The position numbers and the translations under genes are program-made. A stretch of DNA of 64,000 nucleotides from Marsupella aquatica (lineage: Eukaryota; Plantae; Marchantiophyta). Below the pieces are notes generated by a model, which was not told the DNA's origin, did no database searches, and saw nothing but the letters and a program-made list of their open reading frames with translations. The stretch lies in assembly GCA_973895155.1 (NCBI GenBank), contig OZ316894.1, positions 25,480,709-25,544,708 on the forward strand. The letters run 5' to 3'. This document shows, in pieces, positions 26,039 to 36,753 of the stretch (its first letter is position 1; each line of letters opens with the position of its first letter).

Positions 26039-26626
26039 CTATTAAATCTAAAAAGGGTTTGTAGATTTTTGGTTTGTTTTTAGGGTGTTAAACAAAGTTT
26101 GTCTAGTATGAGAACCTCAATCTACTTGAGGATTGTGGAACCAGGGTCATTATCATACACAAGAATGTGTTTCAAGAAGTTGGTGCAACCTTAATGCATC
26201 ATGACCTCCAACATCATACACAAATTTTAAACATGCAAAAAACTCATCACGGGAAAAAATGCAAACAAACTCATAATAGTAGAAATGCATATATGTATAT
26301 ATGTATAATTTGAGTTTCACCCTCCATCATATTAGAGACACCTTGCGAACCATTCGAATGACTACATGTGCACCATGGATATTAAATAAATCCACCATGA
26401 TCACACTGTATAATAAACCTGTCTAGTTAGATAGGAGAAAATCAAGAAAGTTGAGCCCACCAATGGATCAAGGGGTTTGTTTTGCCCATCCCATGGACTC
26501 TGACACATACTGCTTGACTTTAGACCAAAAAATCACATTGTTGGGCTATCTTTAGAAGGACATATCATTTTTTACAAGGACGCCCTGAGTAATTTTTCCA
26601 GTGTCTCAACGAACTGTAAAATGCTA

Positions 26627-27092
26627 TTGTCTTCCCCCAAACACAGCGCCTGGGCGTTGTGTTCAAATATGGTCAAAACAGGGACTTTAGGCAAAAATAA
26701 AATTTTCACTCAAACATTGCGCCATATTAACACAGCGCTCGGGCGCTATGTTTGAAATTGACTTTGTGTTTTAAAATGTGCACAAATGACTATAGGAGAA
26801 AGGTAACTGGGTTTCAACTACTATACGTTACTTTAAAATTGTCCAACACATCTGCTCTTTCAACTTACGAAATCCATCATCCTTTGAGAAATGCAGGGAG
26901 AAATGTAAGCTAATTTCAAAATCCTTCACTCTCGGAGAAGTGTGCGCTGTGTTTGAAGTCAATAGAGCAGATGTGTTGGACAATTTTGACTTCAAACTTG
27001 AACCCAGCGCCCTGCGTGCTATATTTGAATAGAGCGCCCCTTGGCTCACTATTCGAATATAGTGCCCGAGCCTTGTGTTCGGGGGAAGACGG
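26627..27092 (-). mobile_element. Second, internally deleted copy of the Tc1/mariner-type element at 6950-8026
   Basis: Same TIRs (TTGTCTTCCCCCAAACAC / GTGTTCGGGGGAAGACGG) and shared subterminal sequence in reverse orientation. TA on the left, TC on the right. Confidence 0.88.
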
Positions 27093-28532
27093 TCTTTCAT
27101 ATTAATGTAAACTTGTTTACAGGTCATATATGAGTCAAAACCATAGAGTGTTCTCCAAACAGATTGTGATGTTTTGAGTTGGTCCATTCCAGCTTTGGAA
27201 ATCCATGGGGGCTTCACAACAAACTCAAACCCTCGGTCCATCCAGGCTTTATATTCTGTGGACAATTGTCTAAATCTGCTAAACATATTACAATGTGCAA
27301 TTAAATATCATTTGTTCATAGGGAGGAAGATTTTAACTTTCTAATTTAAAGACAAGTTTTCTTCTAAAGTTCAAAGTGTGTGTAAGGAAGTGAAGTATGT
27401 TTCCTCATAAAGAAAATTCACCTTTAGAGGAAAAAGGACAGAAAGCTTTTTGATTGTTTAGGTGTCCTTTAGAGGTTCTTAAAACTCTTCATATTACTGT
27501 ATGCCTTTTTTGGTCCCTTTTTGATAAAGCAACGCAAAAGCCTAAAACCGGATTCCTGTGTCTTTCCTTCTGGGTTGGGTAGATTGATTTGATTCTGCGC
27601 CTGTCCCTTCTTGGTCCTGCGTCCAGATTTGGATATGGGTGGATCCATTTCAGGCCAATCGAGTCAACTTTGCTGATCAATCATATCCCTAGACCAAATG
27701 GGCCCCTGCCATGTGTCAAATCTAGCAGACGAGTGATGATGTTTGAGGTCAGACAAGTGTTGTAATTTGGTGATGTCATTGCATGCAATCCAATGTGTAA
27801 GTTGCGGAGGAAGAGCACAGGCCCACCCATGCCATAGACAAAAGGAAACCTTGGGGGTTTCACTTCCATAAAAGTGGCACAACACTTGCAACGAAGGATA
27901 TGGTCATTTTATTGGTTGAAAGGGAAGACTTAAGAATTTTCTTAGAAGAACAACGGTGTCTTTTAAATCCAATTTTGAGACTTATAAGAACATTAGGGTC
28001 CTTCTAACTTTATAGGGGTTGAAAAAATATATTTTCTTACATTTTAGGAGGTGCGAGGCCTAAAAACGTTGCAAGTGATGGGGAGGCCTCCATAGAGTGA
28101 GACCCCTGAGAAGGAAACCTCCGTTGTCTATTAAAATTGTCGGAAACATAAATGACAATTGTGATTTGCAGTCGACGACAGCTCCTTGTGAGTCCCCTGC
28201 CTTAAAAGAGCTTGCGTCGACTACATTCTGACTTCTGAAACTAGCTTATTGGTGCGCGCGGCCCCGCAGACCCTACAAAAATTATATTTTTGGCAGCTTG
28301 CTATGAGACCTATCACACTTATGTCTTTTGGCATCTCCGCCAGCCCAAGCTGCCCAGTCCCAGCGTTGTAGACAAAAGACCAATTTGTCACTTCAACCTC
28401 CATCCCACCAAACATCTTTGGTAGGCTGTACTACAGGCAAGGGAGGCACCCACGCTGCCAGCAAGAGATAAATACTCATGAGAGCATGCAGGGAATAGAT
28501 GGATAGACGAGGCCGGGCAGTAGAGCAGGGAT

Positions 28533-28869
28533 TATTATGATTAACTCTTAGGTCTAGAGTTACGACTATACCGCAATTAGGGCTAACTTTATACGCAAAC
28601 TAGGTTAGTCATGTTGTGTACACACTGTATCCAAATGGTGTTTGCTTGGATAGGGGGAACTCAGGCTCATTGTTACAGAGCCAGTTGAGAGATAGAGAGA
28701 TCTTATGTTGTGGATGCTTGGTATGGCGGGTTGGCCAAGTGGTAGTAACTCTCGTGTGTTCCTGTGGACGTAGTCTCATGTGGAGGTGAACTATGTATCT
28801 TTCTATGTTGCCTACTTGATCGTTGGATGGTTATAGGCATGCTGTTATGAATATTGTCAATGCTCAATA
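28533..28869 (+). mobile_element. Copia-type solo LTR with decayed termini
   Basis: Aligns with 59813-60158. Perfect TSD GGGAT (28528-32, 28870-74). Ends read TATTATGA...CTCAATA instead of TGTTAGGA...CTCAACA. Confidence 0.88.
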
Positions 28870-31160
28870 GGGATTGCGATTGCAAAGAAAGCCCCAAGGA
28901 TGTCGTCCAACTGACGGAGAGCCACAAAAGGGGACTTCACAATCGAAGGAGAACATGTCGACAAGCAAAGAAAGCGAGACCCTGTCAAAGTTGAGAAAAG
29001 ACTCGCAAGTTGCAGCCAAAAAAAAGGGGAGAGACAAAGGACAATTAACATAGTACTCTTGTAAGCTATGGCTTTAACTTTGAGACTACTACGATTTGCA
29101 TCCAGATTCTAGAGCTTGTACTTCATCACCCTGTCCAATGGCATGCAAGTAGAAGTAACTTGCTCCATGCCCTCCGCACCACTAATTTGACATGTAATGG
29201 TCCGGTTCCGTGAAAGTCACTCAAATCTTTGCACGCATCCTCGGTACCAATGGGCGTCCTCCATTGTTTGCTTGAATGGTGCCATTCGTCAGTTCCACCC
29301 AATTCTGTCCACGTTCAATACACTTCCCACTAACAGCAAACTCATTGTTGATTGCGAATGATGTGTGGACCGATCGGAAGCCATCGCAAGCTTTACTATG
29401 ACATGGGTACAATGCAGATGACTGTCATACACCGTCTTCCACAGAGTGTGAATGATGTGGAATTAAGCACGGTATCAGACCAATAGGACGCCATCGCAAG
29501 CCACTCTAGTTCCTTGTCATACACACTCTCCGGCAGCTTTATTAGGAACTGTTTTTTGATGGATATTGCAATGACTTTGTCGCCTGCTTTGTCACATTGT
29601 TTGTTTATTTATGGACTTGCTCTCGGGGGGGGGGGGGGGGGCGGTCATTTTCACAGAAGTGGTATATCACGTGCGACGAAGTATATGCACATTTGTATGG
29701 GTGTGGCCAAAAATTTTCAAAGTGATGTGGAAAAACAATAGGGTCTGTTTTATGATTTGATTGATCAACTTTAAAGAACAAATAGACTTATTTAACTATA
29801 AAAAACAATTTCTTTAAAGTTTTTAGGGGTTTTTTTAATAAAAAATAACAAAATTTAAATAAATGAAATGTTTTGAAAAAAACCATTTATCACTTATAAA
29901 TTAGGGTGGTCAAACCTTAAAACATGGCACGCAATGTATATAGTGACCCCCCAAGGACCTGCTTGGTTTGAGTGCTCCATGTGAGGCAAGCAAGCACCGT
30001 GCAAGCGAGTGCTTTGTGCGAAAGCCCTTATGTGCGAAAGCCCTTTTGTGCCTTTTCTCGTCATGCATCACTGCGTGTGGGGCCAAGCATCAGCAGTTTC
30101 AGCACTTTATAAAGGTCCTTCCGGACTTCCCTTGTCATGTTCGGCTTACGCGTTCATCTTTTCCAAGATTATGGATAGGCTTAGAATAGTAGTACCTTTG
30201 AGAGCAACTGTGGAGTGCTCAAGAATGAATGCGACGAGCGACGAAGCGAGAAGTGGTGTAAATGGAATTTTTTACATTCGCCACGTAGAAGCCACAACTC
30301 AAGAATGATGCGGGCAGAGCTGGGGGCCCGTTCAGATGTGGGTTGTCTGTCTTTCTGTTCCTCGGCGCAAAAGTCAAGGAGCTTTGCTGGTGATGGGCCC
30401 TCCTCGGATAAAGGTTCCACAGCATGAAGCACAGAAGCAGTGAGCGAGGTTACCACGCGTGTGATATCTGGGTGAGAGGGCCTATGCACCGCCGAATCGT
30501 CCATTGCCAGCTCTCCCCATGTTTGCCCTTTTCCCATCTCTCTGTTTCCCAAGAAGTATTAGTATTTCGTAACCTCTCCCTGTCTCCCAATCCTGGAAAG
30601 CTTGACAGACACAACTGGACTTGAGCATGTTTGAACTCCCTCCTAGGCAGTTCGTCGTGCTGTCTTGTGGGCCGGAACTGCTTTAATGGGCTTTTGATTC
30701 TGTCAACTGGTTACAGCATAATAATTGGGTGAGCGATTCCCTGTCTGCCAATCGGGTCGATCAAATCGAGTTTAGGGTTCCGAGGACGGAAACCTTGCCC
30801 GGATAAGCTACCAAAAGTAAACACCAGAACGACAAAACAAGAAGATTGTGGTCTGGAAAATTATGACGACTGCCTTTAGAAGCCTGTGGGGCCAGCAGGT
30901 AAGGGCTCTCTTGTATGTACAAGGCTTAAAAGAAAACAGGCCCTTACCATTTAATCATCATATATTTATATTTATAATATTTTATTAGCCATGTTTTTCT
31001 TTCACTTTGTACAATGTATTTTGTTCTTGCAAATTCATTATGTGATAAATTATATATTTTTTAGAATCTAATTTCTGATACAGAAATGTAGTTTATATAA
31101 CGAAATCTTAAATGCCACAGTGAATTAACTCTCTTATCCAGGGTTGCACTCGTTTGATGG

Positions 31161-31232
31161 TGTGACCATCTAAGCTTGCTTCAGTTTGCTTAGATGGTCA
31201 CAGCTGGCATCTAAGCAAACTGAAGCAAGCTT
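31161..31232. repeat. Two overlapping perfect inverted repeats (15 bp and 25 bp)
   Basis: 31161-75 pairs with 31188-202, and 31172-96 pairs with 31208-32. Confidence 0.9.
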
Positions 31233-31304
31233 GGTCTGGAAAAAGATCTTTTCTAATTTATATTTTCCCTTTCTCCTGGTTTATTTACTAGATTTTTCGA
31301 GATT

Positions 31305-31797
31305 GTAATCTATGGTATGAAGAAAATTTCTAGGACAGAGTAAAATTATCCACTAAGGGTTGAGGCTGAGTTCTAAACAGGGTATTATGAGACCAAGTAT
31401 TTACCCCTTCAAGTAATCTATGGTAGTGTGCAGTTAATTACTATTGTGCAGTAAAAGTACGCACTAAGGGTTGGGGCTGAGTTTCTGAAAGGGTGTTGTC
31501 AGACCAAGTTTTAATTCTTTCAAAATTGTAATCTATGGTGATGTGAAGTTATTTTCTACAATAGTGAGGATTAAAATAATTAGTAAGGGTTGGTCTCAAG
31601 TTTCTAGAAAGGATATTGTGTTATGGTGATGTGAAGTTATTTTCTACAATAGTGAGGATTAAAATAATTAGTAAGGGTTGGTCGCAAGTTTCTAGAAAGG
31701 ATATTGTGTTATGGTGATGTGAAGTTATTTTCTACAATAGTGAGGATTAAAATAATTAGTAAAGGGTTGGTCGCAAGTTTCTAGAAAGGATATTGTG
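31305..31797 (+). repeat. Tandem array of ~5 units of 88-115 bp
   Basis: Units begin (GTAATC)TATGGT...TAAGGGTTG at about 31305, 31412, 31527, 31621 and 31709. The last three are nearly identical 88-mers. Confidence 0.85.
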
Positions 31798-32143
31798 AGA
31801 TCTACTGCAGCATTTACTCGTTATAATAAACAAACCCAGTAACCTTTGGAGATCATCGCAGGCATGAAATGCACTTTTGCCAATAGAGTGTTTTTTCGTG
31901 GGCCCCTCGGAATGACACGCACTTTTTCCAAACGCGGAATTTACTGAAGCTCGAAACGTCTGACCTGCTGTGAGCTTTTCATCCTTTTTTGTTTGTCCTG
32001 GATACGGAAACCTTTACCAAGGAGCAGAAGTGACCTAGTCACAAGCGTACTTTCCACGCTTTTGAAAGCGAATGTGATAAGCTTTGCACTTTTAGGATGT
32101 TGCAGTTGCTGTGAACAAAGGTACAGGAATACAATTTTATTTT

Positions 32144-32248
32144 GGGTGGTCAGGCCTCCGCTGTACTCATTCGATTCTTGCAGTCGCAGCCTTTATGGGT
32201 GGTCAGGCTCCCGCTACACACTCATTCGATGCTTGCAGTTGCAGCCTG
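32144..32248 (+). repeat. ~53-bp diverged tandem duplication
   Basis: GGGTGGTCAGGC...CGCT...ACTCATTCGAT.CTTGCAGT.GCAGCCT occurs twice. Confidence 0.8.
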
Positions 32249-32867
32249 CCATGCCGTGTCATTTCATTTCATGCCATTCGTTCGCTCCGCTCTGCACTGT
32301 TTGTGTGTGAACGGTTCGTGTCCAATCTGTCGCAGTAGAGGTCAGTGACCTATGGCTGCATTATTATTACACGCCCTGTAACTAGTCTGAAACTACAGGT
32401 CGTCGGAAACAGCATTTACAACTCACAACCGTTACTTTCATCACAAGAGTTGTTACAGTCAGTGGACTGGGTTCGGTAACTGTCACCTGCGTTGACGCTC
32501 AGGGGCTGGAGCTGTCGCGAAGTGGCATCCTAGCCAGTCGGGGTAAGAGATAGAAACAAGGTCGTTTGGGGCTCGAAATTCGATTGTCACAATTATGCAT
32601 GAAGTATCAGTCAGACGTCTCAAGAGGAATAGAGGCCCTTTCAACACAGGTCAGAGTTCATGTCTAGTGTGGGTGCTTTGTTCAATTGGCCTTCACACAG
32701 AGACCGCTCACGTGGTGGGATCAGCAAACACACTCTCCAGACACGATCGCATGAAAACATATCGAAAGAACCTTGCTCTCGTATGTCGGCAACTCAGCAA
32801 GATTGTGTCCCATCCTGTGTGTGTGTAATAATAGGACTATGGACTTGTTGTGACCCAAGAACTTTGT

Positions 32868-32904
32868 AAACTGAGAACTTAGTGAACAACTAAGTTCTCA
32901 GTTT
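32868..32904. repeat. Perfect 16-bp hairpin
   Basis: AAACTGAGAACTTAGT-gaaca-ACTAAGTTCTCAGTTT. Confidence 0.85.
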
Positions 32905-34617
32905 TCATGGTTCCGAACCCCTCGTGCCTTTTAGGTGCCACAAGATGTGAGACGTCCTCTTCAATTGATAGGGGTGCCCCCTAACCCCCTCCACCCATAA
33001 TTTCCCCGGCTTGTCGTTGGTCCTTCACCAGATACGATTCGTGAGGCATTCGCAGTAATTAGATGTGGATCCGTTAACATAACAACCAACTTAGAACGCA
33101 ACCTGCTAATAAACATCAATGCAGTACTCGCCAACTGAGGTCAGATTGCGCAAGGAAATTCTTTACTAAAAAGTATAAATCATGCTGATTGAAGGCGACG
33201 TCCATCTAGAAAGAGAGAAGGCCGTCTCTCTTCTAATGACTCCTGGACAATGTCACACCACATTTCACAACTCCTGACAAAACCCCTGCAGTCGCTCGGC
33301 AATATTGCCTGCTTTCTGGCCATCTTCCGACAAAATTGGAGCGTGTGCCTAAGATAAAGCTAAACCATTGAAGGCAGTACAGGACCCAAGTTACCGTAGC
33401 AGCCCTTAGTCTGACTTGCCCCCGCATGGCTGAGAAAACAAGTATATCTGTTCCAACTTATTGTTTCATATCGACGGAACGGAAGATTATACCACTACCT
33501 GGACAAAATGGACAAAACCATGGTGCCCTTCAGGCACTCGCTCATATGTACAGACCACACATCATGCATGGAATATCTAACCAAAATCTGCCCGCCCGGA
33601 ACGTTCACTTGGAGTTCAGGGCATTGATGGAATAGCCGCGTTCTCCCCCTGAATGAGCTTGAGAACTTGTCCTGAGCATGGACGAACCACAAGAGGGAAG
33701 TGCTTCCCAAAGCGCAGTTCGGCCAACTCCTCGTTCGGCTGCTTACTTTACATAGTAGGATGCTACCTAGGTCTGTCACCGGCTCCCCCAGGTCTTCTGT
33801 TGCACATCGACCATGGCTTCTTGCTGTTCGGTCCTTTGGGGTCTTGTGCCCCTCCCCTGCCGGCTTCGCTTCTTTCAGCTTCTTTCTTTTCTGTTCGTTC
33901 CACTAGAATTGAGTGGTATTTCAAGGTAAAAAGGTCGCCGTCTTTTCGTGCCTCTCTGGTCAGAGGGAATCTAGACGCTGTGAGATCTCATCCTCGCTCT
34001 GTTTGGAAATTTATACAACCTCGACGATTATTATCATAGCCTGACGATGTGCACATTTAGGGGAGGCGAGGCACAAGGGAGAGAAGGTGCAGGATGATGA
34101 GAAGGTGACGGGAAGCAAAGTTTGTGCACTCAAACCTCTCGGAACGGATGTCCAGAATTTTCTATTAGAGCAGCTACCCGAGGGATAAGGTTGAAGTGCA
34201 TATTCTTTGAGAACCTGCAAGAGCATACATATGGCTTTGCTCAAAGAACAGTAACCGTAATGAGTAAATAAATAGGATGTGGACCTTCTTCACCCGCCCA
34301 CCAACCCCAAATGTGTAAAAGACCGAGCACCACTCACCTTCCTCAAGAGCTCTGAAGGTCAGCTGAACAGCTAGCCCGCCTGACCGCCTTGAGAGTTTCC
34401 CTTGCATTTTACACGGATTCAAAGGTTTCTAATACCTCCCCTAAGTAGACCTGCGCACACAAGGGCAAAAGCATATCACGAAAACTTGAATTTTGAATCG
34501 GTTACTAGTACATGCATCCTGCCTGAAATATCCAATTCTACGTGAGGACTAAAACATTTTGCAAAAGACGGAAACTATTGCCACCAAAGCAAGAATGAAA
34601 TCGCTCTACAGCGCAGT

Positions 34618-36753
34618 TCAAATAGAGAAACCGAACGTGAACAGACCTAACGGAGACGTACCGCTACAAATTGTCTTTCGCATAACGCCCAAACCCAATT
34701 GAAGATCTACCGAAGTATCCTCTGCCCCGTAAGGACCTTGGGACAGCTGCTGCTGCTGCTGCTGCTGCTGTACTTGTTGACGCGAAGGAATGACATAGTC
34801 TGGTCGTTTGGATCGTGCCACCACCCGTCCTTCTGAAGTCTGCGGGGCAGCACCTTGTAACCGCAATGGAGGCCCAGTTTGCAGGAAAGGCCTCGCCGTG
34901 CTGGGAGGCCCCGCCACTGGAGAAGGCTTGCTGAAGGTTGGTCTCAAGGTCGGCGAAGGTAAGCTTCGGGCTTCATCCAGAGATGGCTTGGGTGGAAAGG
35001 CAGCATTCGCAGCAGGTGGAGGTGGAGCCATCGGAGTAAGAGTACCAGGGTCTCCAGGATACATTCCGACTTCTCCATATACGGGAGAAAACATGGAAGG
35101 CGCAGCGGCGGGAAAAAAATGCGGCCCAAACTGTGCATTGGGAGAAGGGTGAGAGAAATAGACCCAAGAAGGTCCCTGCGGTTGCTGCTGTACTGAGCCG
35201 AGGACACTGAGCGGAGTAGGGACAGGCCTAGGAGGGAAACTCATGGGATTTGGGGTGTAGTGTTGAGGGTAGTAGGCGGATTGATGAGGGTGTAACATCG
35301 CAATGCGCTGTGGGTGGCCGCCAAGACCGGCCATTCCTTCCTCAAATCCATGGCGTGGAGGGTGAGCCATCATAGGCGATCCCTGAGGAGGTAGCCTGTG
35401 GTGCAACGGTTGCATCGGGTAGTATTGCCGCCCTGTGGCCTTGTTGTGGTTCACCGCTGCTCGGCTGGCCTGGATCTGTGCCCTTTTGGCTTGTTGTCGC
35501 TCCCTTTTATGTGCATTTTGGTGCCCACCCAAAGCTTGAGAGCTGGCGAATTCCCTGAAGCAATACTGGCATTCATATTTCCTGTTCTCTCCGGAAGAGA
35601 AGCCTGAGCCTCCGCTCCCTTGCTCCCCCTTGGAGTCCGATCTACCATCATCACAACCGACCACCCCACTAGGATCGGACTTCGCCTCATCCTCGGCCAT
35701 TTCATCGTCCTCCCGCCCTCGACTTTCGGACTTCTTTTCCTCGACAAATTCGCTGTCCGACTCATCAACAGAAGCACCCCCATCTCGTCGGTACGGTGAC
35801 CAGCTACGTGCCATCCCATCCTGAGAACCAGCCCTCTCAGCCATGCCCTTCTCTTCTCCTTGACCAGGAGGCGAACTCACTTCTATTCCAAACAGTTTGA
35901 CAGCTTTCTCCCGGGACGCTCCTCCTGCCCGAGCACCACCCCATTCCACAGAGGAGCTCGGATTACTTTTCTCAGAGGAAAGGTCTCTACCGAAACCATG
36001 GCCAGTAGAGAAAGGTCTACCTCCATCGGCAGTTCGGTCGCTTGCCTCTCCGTCGAGTGAAGCGCTTGCAGATGACGTTCTGTGCTCCCCACCCTGAGGG
36101 CTGTCGCTTTTCTTCAGTTGAAAGAAACCAGACATCGAACCTGAAGATGGCAAAGACAACACTTGGTTCTTCGACAGAGCTCCCCCCCGCAGACCATGCT
36201 CGGTGCTACCACCCCTTCCCTCGAGATCCAGCCTCATTTTTCCTCCAGCAGAGAAAGTCCCACTTTTACTACCATGAACCATCCCACCGTAAGGGCCCGA
36301 CTGTATTCTTCCGTGGTTGAAGGAAGTAGGGCCCTTCTTCCCCAGCTCCCGCCCTGCATCCACCACATCAGAAGACAGCTCTGAACGACTCGGAGCCTCA
36401 GAGTGAGATAACACAACATCCTGTGCCACCGGAGCTGGTTGTTCTGCCTTCTCTTGGCTCCTAGTGCCCCAATCCTTATGCGCCACAGTATAGCAGTAGA
36501 AGCTGCTGTTCTTATTATTATTATTGACCGTAGAGAAACCGAGTTTTGGTCGGGTGTTCCTGCAATCACCATTTGGGAGTGCATCTTTCTCTTTACGCGA
36601 TCCATGTTGTGCACGGGAATCGCCGTCACCGGAAGGAAGACCACAAGTAGCACCCCCAGCATCGTCTTCCATACCGTCAGAATCCCGATGACGCTTGGGT
36701 GTGCACACTTCCTTCGATAAGGCGTCACTCGCCCGCAGAACTTCGACGCTCAT
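34618..36753 (-). CDS. Single-finger Q-type C2H2 zinc-finger repressor (GIS/ZFP-like), intronless. Start codon uncertain: ATG at 36753, with in-frame alternatives upstream such as 36783
   Basis: [27 protein letters not shown] finger; KLFGI motif upstream; C-terminal EAR motif VDLQLGL; poly-Q and Pro-rich regions; uninterrupted ORF of more than 700 codons. Confidence 0.9.
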   Translation of the reverse strand: MSVEVLRASDALSKEVCTPKRHRDSDGMEDDAGGATCGLPSGDGDSRAQHGSRKEKDALPNGDCRNTRPKLGFSTVNNNNKNSSFYCYTVAHKDWGTRSQEKAEQPAPVAQDVVLSHSEAPSRSELSSDVVDAGRELGKKGPTSFNHGRIQSGPYGGMVHGSKSGTFSAGGKMRLDLEGRGGSTEHGLRGGALSKNQVLSLPSSGSMSGFFQLKKSDSPQGGEHRTSSASASLDGEASDRTADGGRPFSTGHGFGRDLSSEKSNPSSSVEWGGARAGGASREKAVKLFGIEVSSPPGQGEEKGMAERAGSQDGMARSWSPYRRDGGASVDESDSEFVEEKKSESRGREDDEMAEDEAKSDPSGVVGCDDGRSDSKGEQGSGGSGFSSGENRKYECQYCFREFASSQALGGHQNAHKRERQQAKRAQIQASRAAVNHNKATGRQYYPMQPLHHRLPPQGSPMMAHPPRHGFEEGMAGLGGHPQRIAMLHPHQSAYYPQHYTPNPMSFPPRPVPTPLSVLGSVQQQPQGPSWVYFSHPSPNAQFGPHFFPAAAPSMFSPVYGEVGMYPGDPGTLTPMAPPPPAANAAFPPKPSLDEARSLPSPTLRPTFSKPSPVAGPPSTARPFLQTGPPLRLQGAAPQTSEGRVVARSKRPDYVIPSRQQVQQQQQQQQLSQGPYGAEDTSVDLQLGLGVMRKTICSGTSPLGLFTFGFSI

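Noticed and set aside
26828-27286. 152-aa ORF (also 7650-7835) as a transposase remnant
   Set aside because: It crosses the element's TIR into flanking DNA and has no HTH or DDE motif; a chance ORF.
28221-29510. Degenerate F-box/kelch-like gene remnant on the minus strand
   Set aside because: Only very short motif resemblances (VYN, VYDS). Not supportable without a profile search.
34808-36728. Overlapping and antisense ORFs within the zinc-finger gene (similarly within 19572-22602 and 63182-63602)
   Set aside because: These are shadow frames of GC-rich coding sequence with no recognisable domains.
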